In this document: positions 57,055 through 64,000 of the stretch, one piece after another
Position numbering within the stretch: the stretch's first letter is position 1
How the letters are laid out: each line of letters starts with the position of its first letter
Assembly: GCA_035063585.1 (NCBI GenBank)
Contig: JAPSGB010000003.1
Coordinates: forward strand, 160,001 to 224,000
Source: Polyangiaceae bacterium
GTDB lineage: Bacteria > Myxococcota_A > Polyangia > Polyangiales > Polyangiaceae
Length of the DNA stretch: 64,000 nucleotides
Direction: 5' to 3'
Notes under the pieces: generated by a model
Told to the model about the DNA's origin: nothing
The model's input: the letters and a program-made list of their open reading frames with translations, nothing else
The model's database searches: none
Made by a program: the position numbers and the translations under genes

Positions 57055-58758
57055 ATGGATGCACCGGAGCCCGGGCTCGCGCTGCTCGAGAGCGCCGACG
57101 AGAATCGTCCGCCCCAAGACACGCTGCTCAGCGCGCTCGACGCCGCCGTCGCGAGCGGGTCGCCGTTCCTCACCCTGCACCAAGGCCGCCAGCGGACCGA
57201 GCTCGGCTTCCGTGAGGCGCGCGAGGGCGCCTGGCGCGTCGCGGCTGCGCTCCGTGGCAGGGGGATCGAGCGCGGCGCCCGCGTCGCGCTGCTCCTGCCG
57301 ACCTCCACGCTCTTCGTCGAGGCCCTCCTCGGCGCGATGATGGCCGGCGCGATCCCGGTGCCGCTCGCCTCGCCGATGACCTTCGGCGGCGTGGAGCGAT
57401 ACCTGAAGAACCTCACCGTGATCCTGAAGGACGCCGGCGTCGAGTGGCTCATCACCTATCCGCGCATCGAGGAGGCGGTTGCGAAGGATGACGAGCTCCG
57501 CGCGATGCTCACCCACGTCCTCACCGAGGCGGATCTCGACGGCGCGGCGCCGCTCGATCCCCGGAGCGCGTCGATCTCGAGCTCGGATATCGCCTTCCTC
57601 CAGTACACCTCGGGCACCACCGGGCGGCCGAAGGGCGTCATGATTTCGCACCGTGCGCTGGTGGCGAACACGTTCTCGATCGCGCACGGCATGAACCAGA
57701 CGAGCGCGGACGTGGGCGTGAGCTGGCTCCCGCTCTTCCACGACATGGGCCTCATCGGCGCGCTGCTTCGCGCGATTTGTCACCCGACTCCGCTCCATGT
57801 GATGCCGCCGGAGCGGTTCATCGTGAAGCCGCTCGGGTGGCTCAAGCTCATCAGCGAGGTGGGAGCCACCCTCTCGCCGGCGCCGAATTTCGCTTACGAT
57901 CTCTGCACCACCCGCATCGCGGACGTGGAGGGTCTGAAGCTTCACACCTGGCGGGTGGCGCTGAACGGTTCGGAGCCGGTCCACGCGCCGACGCTTGGGA
58001 AATTCCAGGAGAAATTCGGCCCCGTGGGCTTCGCCGCGGGCTCCATGATGCCCGTCTACGGTATGGCCGAGGCGACCCTCGCGGTCACCTTCTCGCCGGT
58101 CGAGCGCGGGCCATCGCTGCTCACCCTGGACCGCCGCGCGCTCGACGAGGAGAGCCGCGCGCGGCCCGCCGGCGGCGGCCCGTCTCGCGCCGCGGTGTCG
58201 GTCGGGGTGCCGCTCGCTGGCATGCGCGTCTCGGTGGTCGATGACTCGGGCGGGCCTGCGCCACAGGGCGCGGTCGGCGAGGTGCGGGTGTCGGGTCCGT
58301 CGTTGATGGACGGCTACTTCCGCAACGACGACGCGAGCGCGGCCGCGCTCAAGGACGGCTGGCTCATGACCGGCGATCTCGGCTTCATCGCCGACGGGCG
58401 GCTCTACATCGTCGGTCGCGCCAAGGAGATGGTCATCAAGGCCGGGAGGAACCTCTATCCCTACGACGTCGAGCGCGTGGTGGGCGAGCTCGTGGGGGTG
58501 CGACTCGGGGGAGTGGCCGCGTTCGGCCGCGAGAATGAGGCGACCGGCACCGACGATCTCGTGGTGGTCGCCGAGACCAGCGAGAAGGATCCCTCGGAGC
58601 GCGAGGCGCTCGAGCGTGCCATCCGCGGTGAGGTGCTGGCCGTGCTCGGCGTGGGCGTCGACGACGTGCGACTCTGGCCGGTCGGGAGCGTGCCTCGCAC
58701 CTCGAGCGGCAAGATCCGCCGCAAGGAGTGCGCGCGGCTGGTCGGAGAGGCCGGCTAG
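57055..58758 (+). CDS. Fatty acyl-AMP ligase (FAAL)
   Basis: FLQYTSGTTGRPKGV, SWLPLFHDMGLIG, YGMAEATL followed by a FAAL-type insertion, TGDLG, PRTSSGKIRR. Confidence 0.92.
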   Translation: MDAPEPGLALLESADENRPPQDTLLSALDAAVASGSPFLTLHQGRQRTELGFREAREGAWRVAAALRGRGIERGARVALLLPTSTLFVEALLGAMMAGAIPVPLASPMTFGGVERYLKNLTVILKDAGVEWLITYPRIEEAVAKDDELRAMLTHVLTEADLDGAAPLDPRSASISSSDIAFLQYTSGTTGRPKGVMISHRALVANTFSIAHGMNQTSADVGVSWLPLFHDMGLIGALLRAICHPTPLHVMPPERFIVKPLGWLKLISEVGATLSPAPNFAYDLCTTRIADVEGLKLHTWRVALNGSEPVHAPTLGKFQEKFGPVGFAAGSMMPVYGMAEATLAVTFSPVERGPSLLTLDRRALDEESRARPAGGGPSRAAVSVGVPLAGMRVSVVDDSGGPAPQGAVGEVRVSGPSLMDGYFRNDDASAAALKDGWLMTGDLGFIADGRLYIVGRAKEMVIKAGRNLYPYDVERVVGELVGVRLGGVAAFGRENEATGTDDLVVVAETSEKDPSEREALERAIRGEVLAVLGVGVDDVRLWPVGSVPRTSSGKIRRKECARLVGEAG

Positions 58759-58759
58759 C

Positions 58760-59776
58760 GTGAAGCGCGCGCTGGTCATCGGCGGCACTGGGTTCGTCGG
58801 CATCAACCTGGTCGATGCGCTCCTCGCCGCGGGGGTCGAGGTGCGCGTGAGCACGCGGCCCTCGAGCGCGACCTTGTTGCTCCGCAAGCGGAAGATCGAG
58901 CGCGCCGCGGCTTCCCTCGAGGATCCGGAGGCACTCCGCCGCGCGATGGACGGCTGCGACGTCGTGTATCTCGCGGGCGGCTATTACCCGCGATACTCGC
59001 TCAGCCTCGAGGCGTCGCTCGCAGAGGGGGTGCCGGGCGTCCGCAACGCGTGCGAAGCCGCCCTCGCCGCCGGCGTCGAGCGCTTCGTGTACACCTCGAC
59101 CGTCGCGATCTTGGGCCCCGCCCCCGAGGGCCGCGCCGCCGACGAGCGAGATCTGCTCGCCGAGATGCCCGAGGGCAGCGTCTACCGCGGGGTGAAGTGG
59201 GCGATGGAGCGCGAGCTCGAGGCCGCGCGCGCGCGCGGCCTCGGTACCGTGAGCATGCTCACCGGCGGATGCGTCGGCCCGAACGATCTCAAGGTCGGCA
59301 GCGGCGCCTTCATCGTCGGGGTCGTGACGGGCGCGCTCCCCTGGCTCGTCGACGGTTTCATCAACATCGTGGACGTAGGCGATGTCGCGCTCGCGCACGT
59401 GCGCGCCGCCTCGGCGCCCGCCGGCTCGCGGTACTGCGTGGCCGGCCATGACCTCCGGATCCGCGCGCTGCTCGAGCGAGTGGCTCGCCGCTACGGCGGG
59501 AAGGTGCCGAGCTTGGAATTGGATGCCGGTGCGGCGCGGGAACGCGCCGAGGCGGACGAGCGCGCGGCCGCGCCGAAGCGCGCGCGTGTGCCGATCCCGC
59601 GCGAGATGGTCGACATGGTCACTCACGGCCAGCCCGTGAGCAGCGCGCGAGTCACGCGCGAGCTCGGCGTCGAGTTTTCTCCCTTGGACGACGCTCTGGA
59701 TCGCGCCTATGACTGGTTCGCGAAGTTGAAGCTGGTTCCGCCCCGCGAGATGAGGAGTACCCATGACCACGTCTGA
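58760..59776 (+). CDS. NAD-dependent epimerase/dehydratase (extended SDR, dihydroflavonol-reductase-like)
   Basis: GGTGFVG, YTST, YRGVK (YxxxK), VDVGDVA; GTG 1 bp after the FAAL stop. Confidence 0.9.
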   Translation: MKRALVIGGTGFVGINLVDALLAAGVEVRVSTRPSSATLLLRKRKIERAAASLEDPEALRRAMDGCDVVYLAGGYYPRYSLSLEASLAEGVPGVRNACEAALAAGVERFVYTSTVAILGPAPEGRAADERDLLAEMPEGSVYRGVKWAMERELEAARARGLGTVSMLTGGCVGPNDLKVGSGAFIVGVVTGALPWLVDGFINIVDVGDVALAHVRAASAPAGSRYCVAGHDLRIRALLERVARRYGGKVPSLELDAGAARERAEADERAAAPKRARVPIPREMVDMVTHGQPVSSARVTRELGVEFSPLDDALDRAYDWFAKLKLVPPREMRSTHDHV

Positions 59777-60035
59777 GGCGTCGACTCGCGAGCGCGTCGT
59801 CGCGATGGTCGCCCAAATCCTGAAGGTCGATCCGAGCAAGATCAGCGGCAAGGACCGCTTGCGCGAAGATCTCGGCATGGATTCGCTCGCCAGCCTCGAG
59901 CTCCTCTCGTGCATCAGTGACGAGCTCGACGTGGACATCGAGCTCGACGAGGCCATGTCGCTCGTGACCATCGACGACGCCTGCGCGTTCGTGGACCGGG
60001 TCCGCGCGGAGCAGCGTGGCGGCGCCGCCTCCTGA
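59763..60035 (+). CDS. Acyl carrier protein
   Basis: DLGMDSL phosphopantetheine site; acidic 90 aa; GAGGAG RBS. Confidence 0.94.
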   Translation: MTTSEASTRERVVAMVAQILKVDPSKISGKDRLREDLGMDSLASLELLSCISDELDVDIELDEAMSLVTIDDACAFVDRVRAEQRGGAAS

Positions 60036-61617
60036 GCCGATCGCGCTCGGCCTCGCGCGAGCGAGCGCGCTCGGCGAGGCCCTCGCGACACCTCACGCGA
60101 CCGCGGCCGAGGCCGACGCGCTGCCCATGGTCCGCGCCGAGGCGACTCGCCTCATGGCTCGCCTGGCGGACGCGGCCACCATCGATCGGGACGGCGAGAT
60201 CCCGAGCGCGCTCCGCGCCACCATCGCCGAGGCCGGGCTCTTCGGGCTCACCATCCCGGAGGAGCACGGCGGCGCGGGGTTCTCGCTGAAGGCCACCTGC
60301 GCGGTCATCGCGGATCTCGCGACCGTGGAGCGCTCGACCGCGATCATGATTGGGCTCCACTCCGGGCTCGGTGTGCGCCCGCTGGTCGAGCTCGGCACCG
60401 ACGACGTCCGCGCGCGCTACCTGCCCGAGATCGCCGCTGGAGAGCGGGTCGCGTCGTTCTCCGCGACCGAGGCCGAGGCGGGCTCGGATCTGACCGGGAT
60501 CCGCACCACCGGCACCCTCGACGGGGACGCCATCCGCATCGACGGGGAGAAGGCCTACGTCACCAACGGGAGCTTCGCCGGCTGCTTCACGGTGCTCTGC
60601 CGCACGCCCGGGCTCGGTGGGCAGCGCGCGCACTCGCTGGTCTTCATCCCACGGGAGACGCCCGGCATCGGCATCGGCGTCGAGGAGGACAAGCTCGGCA
60701 TCCGCGGCTCGAGCACGGTGACCGTCACCTTCGACGCCGTGCGGATCCCCCGCGAGCTCGTGCTGGGCGAGGCGGGCCGAGGGATCGATCAGGCGCACGC
60801 GGCGCTCAGCTGGGGCCGCACCCTGATGTCGGCCGGCTGCGTCGGGACGGCGCGGGCGGCGCTCGAGCTCGCGCTCGCGCACGTGAACACCCGGCGCCAG
60901 TTCGGGAAGACGATCGGGGAGTTTACCGCGTCGCGGGCCCACATCGCTCGCATGGCGTCCCGCCTCTACGCTGCCGAGACGCTGGTGCGCTGGTCCGGGC
61001 ACGCGCTCGCGTCCGGTCAGCCCATCGACGAGCTCTCGCTGTTCGTGAAGGTGCTCGCGAGCGAGGCGAGCTTCGAGATCTGCGACCGCGCGCTCCAGCT
61101 TCACGGTGCGCTGGGCTTCCTCGAGCCCACCGGCGTGGCGCGGCTGCTCCGGGATTGCCGGATCACGCGCATCTTCGAGGGCGCGAACGACGTGCTGTTG
61201 GTCCGCGGCGGCGCCGCGGTGCTAGGCCGAAGGCCATCCCCCGAGCCGCTCCGCCTCGCCCTTGGCGGCGCGCTCGCTCCCGAGGCCAAGAGCTGGCAGG
61301 CGCTCCATGAGCGCTTCCTCGCGGCTGCCGCGCGCGTGCGCGCCGAGCATGGCGTCGGCGTGGTGCGGCACCAACTCGTGCTGCAGTCGATCGCGCGCGC
61401 GAACCTGGCGCTGCTGGTCGGGCTCGGCTGCCTGCTCCGCGCCGAGGCGCGGCCCGACGAGTTCGCGCTCGGCCGGCACGCCGCCGAGGATGCGCTCGCG
61501 GAGGTCGAAGAGCACCTCGGCGCGCTCAGCCGCGCGCTGCACGACGAGACGCGCGTCCAAGCGCTGAGCGAGCTACTCTACGCGCCGCACGCCGGGGGGC
61601 GCGCGGGAAGCGCGTGA
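60016..61617 (+). CDS. Acyl-CoA/acyl-ACP dehydrogenase
   Basis: IPEEHGG, TEAEAGSD, GEKAYVTNG, KLGIRGS, RRQFGK, RIFEGANDV. Confidence 0.93.
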   Translation: MAAPPPEPIALGLARASALGEALATPHATAAEADALPMVRAEATRLMARLADAATIDRDGEIPSALRATIAEAGLFGLTIPEEHGGAGFSLKATCAVIADLATVERSTAIMIGLHSGLGVRPLVELGTDDVRARYLPEIAAGERVASFSATEAEAGSDLTGIRTTGTLDGDAIRIDGEKAYVTNGSFAGCFTVLCRTPGLGGQRAHSLVFIPRETPGIGIGVEEDKLGIRGSSTVTVTFDAVRIPRELVLGEAGRGIDQAHAALSWGRTLMSAGCVGTARAALELALAHVNTRRQFGKTIGEFTASRAHIARMASRLYAAETLVRWSGHALASGQPIDELSLFVKVLASEASFEICDRALQLHGALGFLEPTGVARLLRDCRITRIFEGANDVLLVRGGAAVLGRRPSPEPLRLALGGALAPEAKSWQALHERFLAAAARVRAEHGVGVVRHQLVLQSIARANLALLVGLGCLLRAEARPDEFALGRHAAEDALAEVEEHLGALSRALHDETRVQALSELLYAPHAGGRAGSA

Positions 61618-61683
61618 GACGTCGCGACCGCCCTCCCGGCGAGCCCCCGCGGCTTCTGGGAGTCGCGGCGCCGCGCCCGTGAT

Positions 61684-62808
61684 ATGGGCGGAGGCATCAT
61701 GGGAAGCGCTCGTCTCGCGGTCACGACTCTGGGCAGCGTCGCGCTCGCCTGCTTCGCCCTCCTCGCCTGCAAGAAGGGAGGCCCTGCCCCGGCTCCCTCG
61801 GCGTCCGCTGCGCCGAGCGCGGCGCCGGTGTCGTTCGAAGAGCAGGTGAAGCAGTCGGCGCCGCTCGCGTTCAACCCCGCGCCGCAGACCGCGGCCGGCA
61901 AGACGGTCCAGGCGACGCTCTGCAAGTTCCCGGGCGCTGGGCTGCTCGACCGGAGCGCCTCGAAGGTGATCCAGGCGCTCGAGGTGGTGGGCGAGCGGCT
62001 CCTCGTCGTGGACGCCAAGGGGGTGCTGCATGGGTTCAAGCTCTCGACGACCGGCGGCTGTACGCTCACCGTCGACGGCTCCTTTGGCGCCGGCGGCACG
62101 CTCACGCTGGAGCGGCCCATCGAGCACCTGTCCAAGGCCGACTCGGGCCTGGTCATGGCCTCCGGGATCTTCGGCTCCTACGCGCTCGAGGATGGAAGGC
62201 GCGTCTACGACTGCAAGGCGACCGGGGACTTCGAGCTCGCGGCGAGCGGGAAGTGGGGCATCGTGCCGTGGGTCAACTCGACGGTCGAGTACGTCGAGCT
62301 CACGAGGAGCTCCTGCAAGAGCAAGGACTGGGCGCTGAAGGATCTGAGCGACGCCGCGAAGCGTAAGGGCCCGTTCACGAACGTGAACACCGCGGCCATC
62401 GTCGGCGACAAGATTTACCTGGGCGGGGTCTTGGCCGAGAAGGTCGAGGGCCGTGAACCGCGCGTGGTCATCATCTTCGACAAGGCGGGCCGCGAGCTCG
62501 GCCGCTTCGGGGATCCGGGCAAGGGCTTTGGCGACGACTCCTTCGGCTGGGTCCACGGCATCGCCGCGTGCGGGAAGAACCTGTGCGTCGTAGACTCGAA
62601 CTTTCGTCGGATGAGCATCTGGAGCACGGACGGCAAGAGGTTCATTGGCGCCGTGAAGCTCGACCGGCTCTTCGGTTCCCCGAACAGCGTAGTCTGGACG
62701 AACGATGTCACGCGGGCCCAGGACGGCGCGCTCTACATCTCTGCCGGAGTGTCGCGGACGGGCGGCAAGGTCGCCGAGGGGCACGTGTTTCGCGTCACCG
62801 GGCTGTGA
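61684..62808 (+). CDS. Lipoprotein with probable beta-propeller (NHL-like) domain
   Basis: Lipobox LLAC-KK; beta-rich repeats such as FGWVHGIA...LCVVDSN. Confidence 0.75.
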   Translation: MGGGIMGSARLAVTTLGSVALACFALLACKKGGPAPAPSASAAPSAAPVSFEEQVKQSAPLAFNPAPQTAAGKTVQATLCKFPGAGLLDRSASKVIQALEVVGERLLVVDAKGVLHGFKLSTTGGCTLTVDGSFGAGGTLTLERPIEHLSKADSGLVMASGIFGSYALEDGRRVYDCKATGDFELAASGKWGIVPWVNSTVEYVELTRSSCKSKDWALKDLSDAAKRKGPFTNVNTAAIVGDKIYLGGVLAEKVEGREPRVVIIFDKAGRELGRFGDPGKGFGDDSFGWVHGIAACGKNLCVVDSNFRRMSIWSTDGKRFIGAVKLDRLFGSPNSVVWTNDVTRAQDGALYISAGVSRTGGKVAEGHVFRVTGL

Positions 62809-62858
62809 GCGAGGGCCGGCGCCGCGACGCGTTCGCCGGACGCACGCGCCGCGCGGGC

Positions 62859-62874
62859 TCGCGCCGCACCGGCA
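62859..62874 (-). repeat. Intergenic motif copy TGCCGGTGCGGCGCGA
   Basis: Reverse complement of tcgcgccgcaccggca; one mismatch to consensus. Confidence 0.5.
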
Positions 62875-63047
62875 AACCCAGCGCGCCGCTTCACGCCTCC
62901 GCTTCAGGATTCCTGCTCGACTGGAGGCGCTCGGCGCCGGTTCGGCTGCACACGAGCCCGTGATCACGGGGAAATCATCGCTCCGGCGGGCGGCTGCTCG
63001 CGGGCGCCGATTGCGAGCCGCGGGCGGTACGGCTAGCTTTTCCGGGA

Positions 63048-64000
63048 GTGACGCTCACGATCTCGCGCTCCGTCGAAGTCGAGCCGCTGGCCGGGGCGGA
63101 GGCCGGTGAGCGCTCGCCGTTCGCCGCGCTCGACGACGTCCTCGGCGCGCCGCGCGCGCGGGGCGTCGTCATGGCGCGCGTCGAGAGCCTGGCGCACGCG
63201 CGAGCGATCGCGGCGCACGCGACGCGTCGCGCTCGCGCGGCAGGGCGTGAGGTGGTCGTCGCGAGCTGCGCTCCGGTCGACAGCGGGATCCGCGACGCGG
63301 CGCAGCGCCTCGGAGTGGAGGCCGCGGCGCTCGGCGCCGGCGAGGTAGCGCGCGCGATGGCTCGCGAGGCCTCGCTCCGGGACGCGACGGTGGTCGTGCC
63401 CATGGTCGCAGTATCGGTATGGGACGAGTCCGCCTGCGCCGCGCTCGCCGAGGCACCTGGTCGCGCGCTCTTCGTCTTGCTGGTCGCTGCGCCGGACGCG
63501 CTCGGCGTGGCGGGCGTCCCGTGCTTCGACGTCGACCCAACCCTCGACGAGGCCGGGCTCGAGCGATTCTGGAGCGCGCTCATCGCCGAGCGGCGCGGCT
63601 CTCGCGGTGGGGACCTCGTGAGCCTCGATGCCTGGGCGAGGGCGCTCGATGGGCTCGAGCCGGGAGCCTTACGATGCGCGCCGACCGACCCGAGCTCGTG
63701 CCGGCTGCTCGCTCGCCTGCGCCTCGCGCGTCGCGCCTGGCCGTCGAGTCGAGCGGCGGCGCTCGGTGACGCCTCGGCGCTCGCCGCGCTGATTGCCTCC
63801 GGCCACGTGCAGTCCGAACAGGGCTTGGTCGTGACGATGGACGCGGGCGGGGCCGCGCCGGACACCGATCACGCGGAGCGACGCTGGGTCGCGTCGGCCT
63901 TGGTGACGACCTTCCCTTCCGATCCCTGGGCGCACGCGCGCGCCGCCGAGCTCGAGGCCGAGGCCGGGGACGAGCTCGCCGCGGAGCGCATGATGGGCCG
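63048..64000 (+). CDS. 5' part of a large hypothetical protein, runs off the window end
   Basis: Open frame from GTG63048 (MTLTISRSVEVEPL...FPSDPWAHARAAEL...) with no stop before 64000; not in ORF track. Confidence 0.65.
   Translation, partial: MTLTISRSVEVEPLAGAEAGERSPFAALDDVLGAPRARGVVMARVESLAHARAIAAHATRRARAAGREVVVASCAPVDSGIRDAAQRLGVEAAALGAGEVARAMAREASLRDATVVVPMVAVSVWDESACAALAEAPGRALFVLLVAAPDALGVAGVPCFDVDPTLDEAGLERFWSALIAERRGSRGGDLVSLDAWARALDGLEPGALRCAPTDPSSCRLLARLRLARRAWPSSRAAALGDASALAALIASGHVQSEQGLVVTMDAGGAAPDTDHAERRWVASALVTTFPSDPWAHARAAELEAEAGDELAAERMMG

Noticed and set aside
1442..60091. Many long antisense or alternate-frame ORFs (e.g. 1442..3172, 5870..8191, 9481..11739, 22881..24899, 37731..39530, 41510..43486, 57040..58887)
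   Set aside because: Shadows of real genes; stop codons are scarce in GC-rich DNA and the translations are Arg/Ala/Pro/Gly-rich without motifs
57055..61617. Sphingolipid or hopanoid pathway assignment
   Set aside because: No serine palmitoyltransferase, ceramide synthase or squalene-pathway genes in the window
1..64000. tRNA, rRNA, tmRNA, SRP RNA, insertion sequences
   Set aside because: No cloverleaf or T-loop signatures, conserved RNA motifs, transposase or integrase ORFs recognised by eye; an Infernal/tRNAscan run would be decisive

Overview
Very GC-rich, gene-dense bacterial chromosomal window. The gene content (MYXO-CTERM-like sorting signal, Hanks-type Ser/Thr kinases, many Cys-rich lipoproteins with Gly/Thr linkers) points to Myxococcota, probably Polyangiales-like; this is inference. 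About 54 CDS. Housekeeping genes (msrB, cyoE, aspartate aminotransferase, tatA, metG, pyrimidine-nucleoside phosphorylase, speA, gltX, ccmB, nadD, fabF) are mixed with envelope and surface genes. No rRNA, tRNA, CRISPR array, integrase or transposase was recognised. Highlights: (1) a translationally coupled pair of giant Cys/Asp-repeat surface proteins with mirror-image architecture (vWA head plus C-terminal MYXO-CTERM anchor; N-terminal lipid anchor plus FGE/C-lectin-fold head), transcribed divergently from a WYL regulator; (2) a 16-25 bp motif, TGYCGGTNCGGCGCGG(AACC), found by eye ten times in eight intergenic regions, twice as inverted pairs; (3) a FabF / FAAL-reductase-ACP-dehydrogenase lipid-tailoring cassette; (4) three GT-C-like membrane proteins beside Thr/Ser/Gly-repeat lipoproteins; (5) a 31-aa membrane ORF after cyoE that is missing from the ORF track; (6) an AT-rich palindromic operator-like island. 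All family calls come from motif recognition by eye; no database search was run. Many starts were re-picked downstream of the ORF-track starts.
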